Shown piece by piece: positions 1 through 10,854 of a DNA stretch of 64,000 nucleotides. The stretch is from a virus: positions 51,615 to 115,614 of the IMG/VR virus record IMGVR_UViG_3300027963_000048. One strand, 5' to 3'. How positions within the stretch are numbered: the stretch's first letter is position 1; the number at the start of each line of letters is the position of its first letter. The notes below the pieces were generated by a model, which was given only the letters and a program-made list of their open reading frames with translations, did no database searches and had not been told where the DNA came from. The position numbers and the translations under genes were made by a program.

Positions 1-558
1 GCCGTTAATTTGGTACCCGTGGATTTTGTAGAAGATGGCAATCTAAATCTGATATTAAATTACCTATGGGACCTCAAAGTTGGAGAATGGCCGGAAGGTG
101 AGAAAAGACTCCTTAACAGTGCTAGCTTAGAGGGTTTACGGTATGCTATACACGTACACAAACGTTCCATAGCCGTAGAGAATTGGCTGGCGGCAGAGTG
201 CTCAATCTTCCATGTCAAGGATTACGTAGCCCATGTGACGGATGGTAAACCGATTCCAGATTTCGAAGATAAAGCCATAGCGGCTATGAAGTCCTCTTTA
301 GCAACTAAGCCGCGTGATGGACAGTATCCGTATCCGGAACCTGTTTTCGCAGCGAGGTACGCACTTGAGGTATTAAAGCGACGGTGGCCTGCTGCTGAAA
401 ATATAATCTCGCTTGGTCGGCCTAACCATCCAGACATTGAAGCGTATTTTAAAGAATTCAATTATGCCATGGGTCATCAAGGCTTAACTAACCAACCGTC
501 AGGACGTACAGGAATGCCCGGCCAAAAGCCATGGGCTCTGTACAGCGAATCAAAGTAG
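1..558 (+). CDS. Partial (5' truncated) WPxAE-repeat family protein
   Basis: Frame is open from base 1. Contains GEWPEGE and RRWPAAENII motifs like the two downstream paralogs. Confidence 0.7.
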   Translation, partial: AVNLVPVDFVEDGNLNLILNYLWDLKVGEWPEGEKRLLNSASLEGLRYAIHVHKRSIAVENWLAAECSIFHVKDYVAHVTDGKPIPDFEDKAIAAMKSSLATKPRDGQYPYPEPVFAARYALEVLKRRWPAAENIISLGRPNHPDIEAYFKEFNYAMGHQGLTNQPSGRTGMPGQKPWALYSESK

Positions 559-571
559 GCACGGAGATCAC

Positions 572-2035
572 ATGAAACTATCACTCATACTAGAGGCTAA
601 ACTTAATCGCCCCTGGCTCGAAAAACAGCTCGGTATAGATAATCCAGCTGTTCAAAAAATCGTAGACACCGACCCAACTGGCGGATCTTATTACAAATGG
701 TTAACTGCGCTTTATCAAAAGTCGCAATCCGATGATTTTCTCACGCCCGAATTAAAAGCCGACATCGGAGAATGGGCCAATAACGCAAGAGCTATCAAAA
801 GTGCAGGATTAAGCTCAGACTTGAACGGTAAAGATCTCGCATACTTCTATGACGTGCTAGCAAAAATGCGGCAGTATAAAGCCATTAAAGCCTCACACAC
901 TAAAAATAGTGGGGCCTATTATTTATTCAATAATTATCCAGGGGCCGAAGCTATTTATAATGACGGCAATTATATCATGTTTAAAGTCGAAGGCAAGAAC
1001 GAAGAATCGATAGACAGCTTGCAGAAACTCGGAATCGGAACCGGATGGTGCACCAGGCTAGGCGGCGATGTGGAGGGTGCCGCTGAAGAATACTTATCTG
1101 ATACGCAATATGTGTTGTATAAAAATGGTGAGCCTATCTGTCAATTCAGTAGACAAGACTTTAAAGATGTGCGTGATGAAGAATACAAGCCACCTGCTGA
1201 TGTGTTACGATTAATACTTAAAGTGGTCGGCCCAATTAATGATCAATTAAAGACGCTAGAGATAGGACAAAGGATAGCTGAATCAAACAACTTCGCCGAT
1301 GCATCACCCGAAGACCTGTGTCGCTATGCTGTGGCCATGAAACAGCGGTGGCCAGAAGCTGAGCCAATCATTAAAACATCACCAAAGTGGGCCCGAGAAT
1401 ACGCATTAAACGTCTTAGGGGAAACGTGGCCTGACGCCGAACCGTATATCATGACAGACCCTCAGTCTGCCGTGGTTTATGCTATACATCTAAAGGGTCG
1501 ATGGCCGGAAGCTGAAAAATATATCAAGCAAGATCCCGGATATGCTATACTATACGCTAGAAAATTATTTAATAAAGGCGAACGATTTCTTGAAGCCGAG
1601 CCGTATATCGAAAAGGACGCTCGCATGGCGTTCGAATACGCCCAAAGAATCATAAAAGGTGAATGGCCAGACGCAGAAAAGTATATCATGCAGGATCCTC
1701 AGGTGGCCTACAATTATGCTGCTTACGTGAGGGAAGACCGCTGGCCAGCAGCTGAACCCATCATAATGCGAGATCCTCAGGTAGCATACAAGTATGCTTA
1801 TGCTTTCATAAATGGTGAATGGCCAGAGGCGGAACCATACATAATGACTGAACCATATACAGCATATGCTTACGCTAGGTTTCTAAAAAGGGAGCGATGG
1901 CCAGAGGCCGAACCGTACATCAAGAAGAATCCCGAGGCCGCTAAACTTTATTTTGATTGGGTTAATAAGGATATCAGCAGAGGTGCGGACGCCTATGATG
2001 ACTCGTCGAGTTGGGTTGATGCACGAAATATATAA
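572..2035 (+). CDS. Putative virion-internal protein with WCT-motif domain and about ten ~24-aa WPEAEP helical repeats
   Basis: MKLSLILEA N-terminus, GTGWCTR motif, tandem (R/E)WPEAEPYI..DP..AY.YA repeats. Confidence 0.75.
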   Translation: MKLSLILEAKLNRPWLEKQLGIDNPAVQKIVDTDPTGGSYYKWLTALYQKSQSDDFLTPELKADIGEWANNARAIKSAGLSSDLNGKDLAYFYDVLAKMRQYKAIKASHTKNSGAYYLFNNYPGAEAIYNDGNYIMFKVEGKNEESIDSLQKLGIGTGWCTRLGGDVEGAAEEYLSDTQYVLYKNGEPICQFSRQDFKDVRDEEYKPPADVLRLILKVVGPINDQLKTLEIGQRIAESNNFADASPEDLCRYAVAMKQRWPEAEPIIKTSPKWAREYALNVLGETWPDAEPYIMTDPQSAVVYAIHLKGRWPEAEKYIKQDPGYAILYARKLFNKGERFLEAEPYIEKDARMAFEYAQRIIKGEWPDAEKYIMQDPQVAYNYAAYVREDRWPAAEPIIMRDPQVAYKYAYAFINGEWPEAEPYIMTEPYTAYAYARFLKRERWPEAEPYIKKNPEAAKLYFDWVNKDISRGADAYDDSSSWVDARNI

Positions 2036-2156
2036 GCGCTAGAGAAAGCCAAACAATATAGAGCCATCAAAGCCTAAACCACCACGGCCACTAGCCGCTT
2101 CCTGCGCTCATATCATAGCAAATTTAACATGTACCCAATTTACAGGTATTCATAAA

Positions 2157-3563
2157 ATGAAGTTATCACTTATCCTAGAGGCGAAGCTTAATCATACTTG
2201 GCTCGAAAAACAGCTCGGTAAAGATCACCCAGCAGTGCAAAAAATCGTAGACACGGATCCGACCGGTGGCTTTTATTATGAATGGTTGGTGCAAAGATTT
2301 AAACAAGCGAACACAGACCAATTTCTAACACCGCAATTGCGAGATTCAATCGTCGAATGGGATAGAAACAAGCAAGTGCTGCGTAATCTAAATATCGATG
2401 CTGACTTAAATGGTAAAAATTTAGCTTATTTTAATGATGCTTTAGAAAAGATCCGAGAACATAAGGCCATTAAAGCATCATCAGTGCGCGGTTCAGGCGT
2501 GACGCACATGGGCACGGAGTACCCAGGCGCAAAGGTCATATATGATGATGGTCAGTATGTTCTCTTTAAAATCGAAGGTACGAGCCCAGAGGCAATCGAC
2601 AGCTTAGAGCGATTGGGAGTGGGTACTCGTTGGTGCACGAGAAGAGGCGGTAGAGTTAATAAGGCAGCTGAACATTTAAGCACAGACACACAGTATGTGC
2701 TTTACAAAGATAAAAAGCCATTATATCAATTCGACTCTAGTGAATTTAAGGACACTCACAATCTTCCCGAATATAGCATACCAGACAAAGCGTCAGCGCT
2801 CATAATGTTAGACTATGTGGGACCTATCAACGATACTCTAAAATTCGCCGCTGCAGTTTACGAATACGATACCTCAATGCTGTCTGAAGTGCCTGAAATT
2901 CTTGCTCGTTACCTGAGTGGAAACTTACCGACTTTCATTCAACCATCTGAAGTGATTGAGCAGTATCTATTACAACAATGCGAAAATGGCGAGGACGAAG
3001 AGGCAGCTTACCATCTCATCGATTATGCAAAACACTACAGAGTAGGCCGTTGGCCAGCGGCAGAGCCGTATTTGATACATGATCCTAAAACGGCATATGC
3101 TTACGCTGATAGAGTCATCGGTGGTCGATGGCTCGAAGCTGAATCTATCATTGCCAAAAGCGCTACTGCCGTTAGCTACGCCATTGCCTTCTTCGGGGGT
3201 GACAGATGGCTTGAAGCCGAACCATATCTGCTTAACGAAGGTGAGGTAATACATGCCATACTCTATGCTGGTAAAGTATTAGAAGGGCGCTGGCCAGCTC
3301 TAGAGCATCGTATCGCAAAAATGGATCAGCCGCTGTTTGCCATGATGGAATACACAAGGTTGGTACTCAATCGCCTTCCAAATGGCCCAAAGTCGCTGCC
3401 TGAATTTGAGCAAGCTGTGATCAACGATCCTTACAAAGCATATAATTATGCTAGGCGTGTTATTAACGCAAGGTGGCCAGAAGCAGAACCTATAATTATG
3501 GCGTCGAAATATGCAAATGATTACCAACACTGGCTAACAGCCAAAGAGGCGCTACCGTTTTAA
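2157..3563 (+). CDS. Paralog of 572..2035 (WCT domain plus WPEAEP repeats)
   Basis: Near-identical N-terminus (MKLSLILEAKLN..WLEKQLG..PAVQKIVDTDPTGG), GTRWCTR, more degenerate repeats. Confidence 0.75.
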   Translation: MKLSLILEAKLNHTWLEKQLGKDHPAVQKIVDTDPTGGFYYEWLVQRFKQANTDQFLTPQLRDSIVEWDRNKQVLRNLNIDADLNGKNLAYFNDALEKIREHKAIKASSVRGSGVTHMGTEYPGAKVIYDDGQYVLFKIEGTSPEAIDSLERLGVGTRWCTRRGGRVNKAAEHLSTDTQYVLYKDKKPLYQFDSSEFKDTHNLPEYSIPDKASALIMLDYVGPINDTLKFAAAVYEYDTSMLSEVPEILARYLSGNLPTFIQPSEVIEQYLLQQCENGEDEEAAYHLIDYAKHYRVGRWPAAEPYLIHDPKTAYAYADRVIGGRWLEAESIIAKSATAVSYAIAFFGGDRWLEAEPYLLNEGEVIHAILYAGKVLEGRWPALEHRIAKMDQPLFAMMEYTRLVLNRLPNGPKSLPEFEQAVINDPYKAYNYARRVINARWPEAEPIIMASKYANDYQHWLTAKEALPF

Positions 3564-3607
3564 TAGTCGATCAATAAATAAAGCACACGCTACTGCAGGA
3601 TTTGATT

Positions 3608-4870
3608 ATGACTGATGCCGCAATTACCGTTATCCTTAACGGCTATAAACGACCACACGTGTTAGCCGAGCAGTTGCAAGCTATCGAAAGTCAGACAATC
3701 AAGCCCGTTCAAATTATGTTTTGGAAAAATGCCAGCGACGCCACCTTTGACCAAGACCTAATTGCCAGATGTCAATCATTTACCAGTAGCGTAAATGTGG
3801 GTGTATGGGGACGATTTGCGTTAGCCCTGCTAGCGGAAGGCGAATACGTTTGCGTCTTCGATGACGACACAGTTCCGGCCCCAAGATGGCTCGAAAACTG
3901 CGTGACCTCGATGAAAAAACGAAGGGGGCTCTTCGGTACCATCGGTGTCGTTTTCGACACAGACCAAGGCTACGATGGACAAATCAGGCGCTTCGGCTGG
4001 GATACTCCCATTGACGATATTAAACAAGTAGACATAGTCGGTCACAGTTGGTTCTTTGAAAAGAAAATGCTAGAATATTTCTGGCGAGAAATCCCAGACC
4101 GTAAATTTTACCTATGCGGCGAAGACATGCACTTCTCATACATGCTGCAAAAATATGCGAACTTGCCTACTTTAGTCCCACCGCATCCAGCTCAAGATCA
4201 ATCACTCTACGGTTCAATTCCGGAAAAAGCGATGAAATATGGGATGGAGCCGGTCGCAATTTCACATGGCACCAATTGCAACGTTAAATTCAACGATTAC
4301 CTGTTCAAGATACGAAGTGGAGGTTTCAAGCTGCTAAAAGATAATTACCAAAGACCATACTTAATAACACAATTTAAATTTATAGATGTTTACGATGCTA
4401 CGGTCTCAGATGGAGCGCCAGACTGGCGTACCCCATATGAATTGGGCCTTGCTTATAAATTCCTTGCTACGCTAGCACGCCTTAATACTACCATGTCAGT
4501 AAAGTATAATAGTGAGTCGATGTCGCTGGTAAACAAGCATCCGTTCCCACTGGATACTGAAAAACCAACCATTTACGTTGACGTGAAGGGAATAGATCTA
4601 AGCCAAGCGGACTGCATTGAGCGCTTGCGCAGTAAGATCGACCTGATTAATCACGGTGGTTACTATATTGGTTCAAGCCTTTTTAACGGAGCTACGGAAC
4701 ATCCCGAAAATGGCCAGCACATCGATATGCTTAAACAGTTAGAAGCTATGGTTGGGGCACCGGTTGAAGGCAAGAATTCTATCATCAAGCTAAATGGGTC
4801 AAATAGCACAAATCCAGACACAAATCATATGTTAGATTCGATCTTGTTCCTCATTATAAAGAAGATCTAA
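3608..4870 (+). CDS. GT-A fold glycosyltransferase with extra C-terminal domain
   Basis: ITVILNGYKRP start, YVCVFDDD (DxD), GED motif. Confidence 0.75.
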   Translation: MTDAAITVILNGYKRPHVLAEQLQAIESQTIKPVQIMFWKNASDATFDQDLIARCQSFTSSVNVGVWGRFALALLAEGEYVCVFDDDTVPAPRWLENCVTSMKKRRGLFGTIGVVFDTDQGYDGQIRRFGWDTPIDDIKQVDIVGHSWFFEKKMLEYFWREIPDRKFYLCGEDMHFSYMLQKYANLPTLVPPHPAQDQSLYGSIPEKAMKYGMEPVAISHGTNCNVKFNDYLFKIRSGGFKLLKDNYQRPYLITQFKFIDVYDATVSDGAPDWRTPYELGLAYKFLATLARLNTTMSVKYNSESMSLVNKHPFPLDTEKPTIYVDVKGIDLSQADCIERLRSKIDLINHGGYYIGSSLFNGATEHPENGQHIDMLKQLEAMVGAPVEGKNSIIKLNGSNSTNPDTNHMLDSILFLIIKKI

Positions 4871-5836
4871 CAGTTTACCGGCTGCGAAACCATCACCGTA
4901 AGGTGACGGTAACACAACGCGATACTGTAATTTAGCTGAAAATAATTCATGTAATTGGCGTGGACTAGGACACAAGAATGCATGAGTATCGATACCCTCT
5001 ACGCGTTCCGTACTCGCACGACATACAATCGCTGTCTTCTTGAGAAATGAAGCCTCCTCCTGTATCCCACCAGAGTCGGTAATCACCAGCTTGCATCTCG
5101 CCAGCAAAGCAAGGCAGTCGTCATGAGGCAAAGGGTCCACAGCGTGCACTTTTCTTAAGATGCTCACGTGCTTGGTTACACTAGGGTTATGATGCGCTGG
5201 TAATATGAATTTAAGCTCCGGGTAAGCTAAGGCTAGATTTTCGAAAGCCTTAAACCATGCTTCTATATGCTGCAAGTTCTCACGACGATGCATGGTAATT
5301 AGCACTTCATCACCATAAGTGACGCTAAGATCCCTAAGATTATCGAGTGCCGTATTACCGATCACTGGTGCTAGAGCGTAAATCTTCTCATTACGTAGGT
5401 TGGTGGCAGCCCGTTGCGTAGGACAAAGATTGATCGTAGCTATTCGACTGATCATCTGCCTATATGCTTCTTCCGGATATGGACGCTTCAGATCGTACGT
5501 TCTAAGCCCAGCTTCTAGATGCAAAAGGATCTTGTTGCGATGAAACGCAGCCAGAGCGCAAGTTAATGCAGTAGCCGTATCGCCCTGCACAATCACATGG
5601 CTAATACCGTTGAAGATCTGGTCAGTCATAGCTCCAATTGAGCTAACTATTGCATCAAGTCTGTTATCAGCATACGATACTGAAAGCACGTGGTCAGCTG
5701 GTTCGGTCACCTCTAGATTATAGTGTTGGCCAATATATAATGTCCTGTAGGAAATGCTACGGGCTTTGCATTCCTTGATGATCGGTTTAAGCTTAATATA
5801 TTCAGGTCTGGTGCCGTAGCATAGTAAAATCGGCAT
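4832..5836 (-). CDS. wecB: UDP-N-acetylglucosamine 2-epimerase (non-hydrolysing)
   Basis: GTRPEYIK, VQGDT, HLEAGLRT, PYPEE, HRREN, TDSGGIQEEA motifs. Confidence 0.95.
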   Translation of the reverse strand: MPILLCYGTRPEYIKLKPIIKECKARSISYRTLYIGQHYNLEVTEPADHVLSVSYADNRLDAIVSSIGAMTDQIFNGISHVIVQGDTATALTCALAAFHRNKILLHLEAGLRTYDLKRPYPEEAYRQMISRIATINLCPTQRAATNLRNEKIYALAPVIGNTALDNLRDLSVTYGDEVLITMHRRENLQHIEAWFKAFENLALAYPELKFILPAHHNPSVTKHVSILRKVHAVDPLPHDDCLALLARCKLVITDSGGIQEEASFLKKTAIVCRASTERVEGIDTHAFLCPSPRQLHELFSAKLQYRVVLPSPYGDGFAAGKLLDLLYNEEQDRI

Positions 5837-5837
5837 G

Positions 5838-6908
5838 TTATTCCTCTAAAGCGTATTCAAACTTCCAGCCATACATCTTTCTCAATTGATCTATGACCTG
5901 CTGACGTTCTACTATAGTGACCTTCGTGCCCTTAGCGGCGATTGCGTTAGCAAAAGCGAGACGCTGCGAATTATCTAATATAGTTGATTCATCTTTAAAG
6001 GTCACACGGTCCATCACAATGGACGTTTGGTCCTTAGCCTCGTCAACCATAAACATCAAGTGCGAGTCGTTTGCTTGATCTATGGCTACGTTTAGTTCAG
6101 CCGAGATTTTCACATCCTCAGAAGCTTTAATATAAGCTTTATTGTCGCGAGGTAAGCACGGTCCACCATAGCCAAATCCGTACTTAAGACAATGGTGATT
6201 TATTCTTCTGTCGTCGCCTATAGCATTTAGTACCACATCAGAGTTGCCTTTATATCTAGATACCATATCGCCTACTTTATTAGCATACGCTATCTTCATC
6301 GTCAGGAAAACATTGGTTGCTAATTTGGTAATTTCAGCCTCGGCAAACGACATCATCTTTACGGACGGCTTATTGAGACAAATGCTGCGATGTAATTCTG
6401 CAATTATGGACATCGACCTTGTGTCGGTGCCCCCGATCAACACCACGTCTTGGTTCTGCTGGTCTCGAATGATCGACCCCTGAGCGATGAATTCAGGGTT
6501 ATAAATGAGATGGTTATGATCCACTAGATTTAGCACAGTAGCGCAATAGCCTGGCATAACAGTAGAATTAATGGCTATTACTTTATCACGTAGCCCTAAG
6601 GCTCGGATATCACGCAGCGCCTGCGTGATCAAAGTGTGATCGTAAGACCCATCAGGCAAGCTGGGTGTGGGCAGGACTATGAAGATGACATCTGCCTCTG
6701 CGATGTGAGAGAGGTCATCTCCGATGATCAACCTTGAATCGGCAAGGTAACTCTCTACCATTGGCTCCGCAGTGTGTAGTGCTTTGGTCCTGATCGCCTC
6801 GACCAATTTAGCATCTGTGTCACATGCATAGATTTGGTGGCCCGCTTTGTCAAGATTAAGGGCAAGACATAAGCCTAATTTCCCAACACCTATGATGCCG
6901 ATCTTCAT
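5838..6908 (-). CDS. ugd: UDP-glucose/GDP-mannose dehydrogenase family protein
   Basis: GVGKLG Rossmann loop, LPTP, STVMPG, NPEF, AEITKL, GYGGPCLPRD catalytic Cys motif. Confidence 0.9.
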   Translation of the reverse strand: MKIGIIGVGKLGLCLALNLDKAGHQIYACDTDAKLVEAIRTKALHTAEPMVESYLADSRLIIGDDLSHIAEADVIFIVLPTPSLPDGSYDHTLITQALRDIRALGLRDKVIAINSTVMPGYCATVLNLVDHNHLIYNPEFIAQGSIIRDQQNQDVVLIGGTDTRSMSIIAELHRSICLNKPSVKMMSFAEAEITKLATNVFLTMKIAYANKVGDMVSRYKGNSDVVLNAIGDDRRINHHCLKYGFGYGGPCLPRDNKAYIKASEDVKISAELNVAIDQANDSHLMFMVDEAKDQTSIVMDRVTFKDESTILDNSQRLAFANAIAAKGTKVTIVERQQVIDQLRKMYGWKFEYALEE

Positions 6909-6919
6909 AGCCAGCCTCA

Positions 6920-7528
6920 CTAGCTCACAAGACGCTGTATGGCCGAATGGACCTGGTCGGTCCAGCGATCGCCACGCACATCTGTTATGTGTTCAATATA
7001 TACATCTTGGTGTCTGCTCGCCATCTGCGGATTGTTAGTTAATAGTAATAGCTTACTATTAGGCCGACTGTGTATGAAATATTCCCATAATTTCACTCGA
7101 TCGTATGTTACAACAAATGGTAAAACTGACCAGCTTGATTTGGCATAATCGTTATATGGATCTTCGTCTATAGCGTGTCTACAGAACAATATTTCATCTG
7201 TGCTGTAGAATACGCTGAGCAAACGGTGTAATCTTCTCTGATACGTGGTTCTGACCTCGTCGTTCTCTACCCACCATGGTTCAACGCGTGCATATTCATG
7301 GAACAAGAAGGCATCATTGTCTGGAGACAATAGAAACCCGTCACGCAGGTAACGCATATTAAAATCGAAGAAATGCTTGCCGCCAGACGCAATACATTTG
7401 GTGACGAAGGATTGAGAAGTGATATTCCAGTCAAACGGGTACGCTGGTTGGTTAAACTTCCTAATTACAGTGGTTAACATGCAGCCGCCGTAGCCGCCTA
7501 GATTTACTATTATCACATTTTGATCCAA
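6920..7528 (-). CDS. DUF1796-like putative papain-like protein
   Basis: N-terminal (S/N)LG..C and AYPFDW motifs, F.H, Y.RR..RL. Confidence 0.55.
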   Translation of the reverse strand: MDQNVIIVNLGGYGGCMLTTVIRKFNQPAYPFDWNITSQSFVTKCIASGGKHFFDFNMRYLRDGFLLSPDNDAFLFHEYARVEPWWVENDEVRTTYQRRLHRLLSVFYSTDEILFCRHAIDEDPYNDYAKSSWSVLPFVVTYDRVKLWEYFIHSRPNSKLLLLTNNPQMASRHQDVYIEHITDVRGDRWTDQVHSAIQRLVS

Positions 7529-8370
7529 TTATCTAAATAAAGCCTACGATGCAATAAATCTGGCTCAGTACCCATGAAGTAATCTTTTGGCGCTACAATT
7601 GATTTTACGGGTTTGGCTAAATAACCAACCCATAGACCAAAAGTGGTGAATGGCGATAAGATGCTGCCATCACACAATTCCATTAGTTTAAAATCTTCAA
7701 GTGTGTTATTTCCGCTGGAAAAGATGAAATTATAACGATATTCTGCTAGGATCTGTTTTGCTGCAGTTAAATCACGGTCATGTTGGCCTTCCTTAACATC
7801 TCTTGACCCGCCAGCGAAGACGAAATAATCGGCATTACCGAAGTATTCGAAGGCTCTGTCTAGATAATTTTTCAATGGATCGCCCATCATCACAGCTTCG
7901 CACGTATCTTTCTGTGGGCTCATGAATATGTTATCGCCCAGGCGTAAATGCAGGCTAACGACTTTACTGTGCTTGCGTGACGGCGCTATTGCTTCAAACT
8001 TATGATGTGCGCTGGCGAACGTGTTAGAGTTAGCGTTAAGGCCTACACACTTCCTTATCTGAGGCAGATGCTGTTCGAAGTAGCGTACATCTTGAAAATA
8101 TCCAGCGATATCGACATTGTCAGGTGTTTGAAAAAATCCGTCAGTATATGTGCTAGCTTCTTCTACGGTGCAACCGGTTTTGACTTCTTTAAATTCTTCT
8201 GGGATGTTTAGATGCTTCAGTAGGCATTCTTGATTGTGCCATATTTTGGTGTCGGTGGGCGGTAAACACATTTCGTAGTTATTCGTCAGGGCTAAGCTTT
8301 TGAGTGCAGCGTACTGGAACAACTGGTTACCAAATCGACCCATAGTGCCGATTCTAGAAAACGTTATCAT
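7513..8370 (-). CDS. Alpha-1,2-fucosyltransferase-like (GT11)
   Basis: GRFGNQLFQYA, GYFQ, SLHLRLGD, DF.LM..CD..I...TF..W motifs. Confidence 0.85.
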   Translation of the reverse strand: MITFSRIGTMGRFGNQLFQYAALKSLALTNNYEMCLPPTDTKIWHNQECLLKHLNIPEEFKEVKTGCTVEEASTYTDGFFQTPDNVDIAGYFQDVRYFEQHLPQIRKCVGLNANSNTFASAHHKFEAIAPSRKHSKVVSLHLRLGDNIFMSPQKDTCEAVMMGDPLKNYLDRAFEYFGNADYFVFAGGSRDVKEGQHDRDLTAAKQILAEYRYNFIFSSGNNTLEDFKLMELCDGSILSPFTTFGLWVGYLAKPVKSIVAPKDYFMGTEPDLLHRRLYLDNWIKM

Positions 8371-9011
8371 ATGGTCCTCATATTTTTAAAAACAGTGAAC
8401 TCAGTTAAATCTCGATAGCCATTGATCTCTTGGCTATCAGGAACATGCTCGGGATAATTGTGCATCAGCTCTAAGCCCCGGGCTGCGACAGAAGGCGCCA
8501 TGTACATGTTCCAGCCACAGAACGTGATATCATCTTCCTTGTAGAATTTCTCGGACCGTCCTTCATAACGCGCTTTTTTAAGCCAATTAACGGCATCTAT
8601 ATTATCAGTCAATATCATGCCGCCTTTGCCAATATTCAACTGCTTCTTAATATGAAAACTCAAGCAGTAAAACTGGCCTGCATTATACATTTTCGAGGTG
8701 AAACGTTTAGCACTGTCGTGGATAGGATACGGTTTAAGCTGGTATTGGCCAGTCCAGTGGTTTACGCTCCCACTCTTATCAAAGACTACTTCACCACCGG
8801 CGTGGATTATCGACATCGGCACGCTGAGGTAAGTCTTTGCTGGAATGGTGACAGTTTGCACATTCAAGTACTTGCAGCAAAGGAATATCGCATTTGTACA
8901 TGAATCTACGGAGACTGCATAAGGTGCTCCGGTATAATGTGCCACTTCATCTTCAAACATCTCAACGATTTTAAAAGGGTTATGCTTCGATAGATTAGCG
9001 GGCATCATCAC
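8367..9011 (-). CDS. Short DegT/DnrJ/EryC1/StrS-family PLP sugar aminotransferase
   Basis: FEDEVAHYTGAPYAVSVDSCT, DSA, SFHIKK (PLP lysine), GKGGMILT. Confidence 0.85.
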   Translation of the reverse strand: MMMPANLSKHNPFKIVEMFEDEVAHYTGAPYAVSVDSCTNAIFLCCKYLNVQTVTIPAKTYLSVPMSIIHAGGEVVFDKSGSVNHWTGQYQLKPYPIHDSAKRFTSKMYNAGQFYCLSFHIKKQLNIGKGGMILTDNIDAVNWLKKARYEGRSEKFYKEDDITFCGWNMYMAPSVAARGLELMHNYPEHVPDSQEINGYRDLTEFTVFKNMRTI

Positions 9012-9399
9012 GTTCCAGGATGTAATACTTCTGTTTAAAGCCAGCCTTTAGGAACAGCTGAAGACTAGCCTCGTTATCAACCTTCACCTTTGCGTAAAGT
9101 CCTTTGCGATTTTTTAGGTATTCGTTGATCATGAACGACGCTATGCCTTTGTTCTTGTGCTCGTGCACAACGCAAACCCTCAGGTCGCCATCTATGTCCC
9201 CCACGAAACCAACAGGCTCATCAGCATCTGTGACACAAATCTTGTAATCTTGATGATGATCCATCATATATGCTGTCTGCTGGTCTGGAGTAATTTGGAC
9301 TTGCTGTATAAACCCTTGGGCATTGCGTGGATCGTTCCTTAAGCTTCGGACGAAACCCCAATAATCAAGAGAGCAATTCACCAGTTTATACTTTACCAT
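8995..9399 (-). CDS. GNAT N-acetyltransferase (PseH-like)
   Basis: LRND.., KNKGIA acetyl-CoA loop, N.AS..LF.KAGF. Adjacent to the aminotransferase. Confidence 0.8.
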   Translation of the reverse strand: MVKYKLVNCSLDYWGFVRSLRNDPRNAQGFIQQVQITPDQQTAYMMDHHQDYKICVTDADEPVGFVGDIDGDLRVCVVHEHKNKGIASFMINEYLKNRKGLYAKVKVDNEASLQLFLKAGFKQKYYILERDDAR

Positions 9400-10163
9400 A
9401 TGCATAGCTTCCTCATATCATCGTGCGTTTCACCTTTATGTATATGGAGGTAGCCCCTATTGCATGTAAGTCCAAGTAGATGATTCATCGTAGTGCCAAC
9501 ATTAATGTAAGTGTTCTGTGGATTAACTTGATGTAGTCTATGAATGAGCATTTGAGTCAAGCTAGACGCTGAGAAGATGAAAAGATGATTCGTTATTTGA
9601 GACTCCTGCACCCATTGGGTCATTTCCTCAATAAGTGGCTGATCATTCACTATACAGTTAGTGCCTACTTTAAACCATTTCACAGGCTTAACTGTAGGAT
9701 GCAGATTGGCGCTGCCGTTAGCTATTAAAACTAACGTGGGATGTGCAAGGATCAACGGCAATATGTGGTCTAAAAAATACGGATAATTGCCATTTACAAG
9801 AAGATTAGCCCAAGTCCAATATTTAGTCTCTGCACACAAGGTATCGAAGAACATCCTGTTCTCGTGGCCCACGCAACATTTGCATGATATACCTTTATAG
9901 TACTCTGGCGCATCGTACTTAAATGAAGCTATCAACTTGTCGACTATCTGTCGGTGAGCCACCGGATCTACGTCTTTGTGATCCTCTGGAGCCCAGGCAG
10001 CATGATACCTCTGATCGCCAACTATCGACTCATCTGCGCTAAGCCTTAAACGCTTTCCTTGCATGATAAACATTTCGCCATCGGAGTAGCGCGTGAATGC
10101 AAAGTTTTCACCATTTAGCATCTTGGTATGCAAATGGGTCAAATCTGACCTAAATTCTTTCAT
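9393..10163 (-). CDS. GT-D-fold-like glycosyltransferase
   Basis: FAFTRYSDGE N-terminal motif and C-terminal INVGT (D.GS-like). Cluster context. Confidence 0.55.
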   Translation of the reverse strand: MKEFRSDLTHLHTKMLNGENFAFTRYSDGEMFIMQGKRLRLSADESIVGDQRYHAAWAPEDHKDVDPVAHRQIVDKLIASFKYDAPEYYKGISCKCCVGHENRMFFDTLCAETKYWTWANLLVNGNYPYFLDHILPLILAHPTLVLIANGSANLHPTVKPVKWFKVGTNCIVNDQPLIEEMTQWVQESQITNHLFIFSASSLTQMLIHRLHQVNPQNTYINVGTTMNHLLGLTCNRGYLHIHKGETHDDMRKLCIW

Positions 10164-10854
10164 GGTGTTTACCGTTCATCAGTACCAGCACAGGTTGATA
10201 TGGCGTCATCTCCACCGTATTTATCGTCTGCTCCCACCAATTCGCCGTAAGGCCGAATTGATCCAGAATATTCCACCGTTCACATAATTTTATCAGCCTT
10301 TTTCCGTAGATGCGGTGCACGTTGAAAACTGTAAGATCCCTACCGACTGGAACAGCTAAAAAATGCAAACCATTGGGCCTAACTAGGTCTACCAATTTTG
10401 TCATAGTCTTTAAATCGCCGTTAGCATCAATAGGATCGCCATATCTTCCAAGGCCATCATGTTCCACGGAAGAGATATTAAGGCAAGCGTCGAAGCGTCG
10501 GTTTAGGCTTTCGGGCTTCACATACTTAATGGCCTCATTGACAAATGGCCGATCGCCATATTCTGAGACGGTGACAGTAGCTGCTCCAAATACAAGGCAG
10601 ATAGCCTCATACCATGGGTTAGCTGAACCTATTAGTAGAACATCCATGCCAACTATAGGGTACTGCCTTAGTGCTTGATAGAGCCATGCGTCAGTTTCGC
10701 CGTAATAATAAGTCGCTCCGGTTCGGACCGCATCCATGTATTCGATAAATCTGGCTGGTGTATAGTTTAATGAATGGTCTAGCTTAGAGTCATCCCTCAC
10801 GTTAAATGCTATAGGCTCATCTAGTTGAGCCAGATATTGGTTTAAAGCACTCAT
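10150..10854 (-). CDS. DUF268-like SAM-dependent methyltransferase-fold protein
   Basis: IGS..PWYE, SSVEHDGLGRYGDPID..GD, VPVG.D...FNVHRIYG. Confidence 0.8.
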   Translation of the reverse strand: MSALNQYLAQLDEPIAFNVRDDSKLDHSLNYTPARFIEYMDAVRTGATYYYGETDAWLYQALRQYPIVGMDVLLIGSANPWYEAICLVFGAATVTVSEYGDRPFVNEAIKYVKPESLNRRFDACLNISSVEHDGLGRYGDPIDANGDLKTMTKLVDLVRPNGLHFLAVPVGRDLTVFNVHRIYGKRLIKLCERWNILDQFGLTANWWEQTINTVEMTPYQPVLVLMNGKHHERI

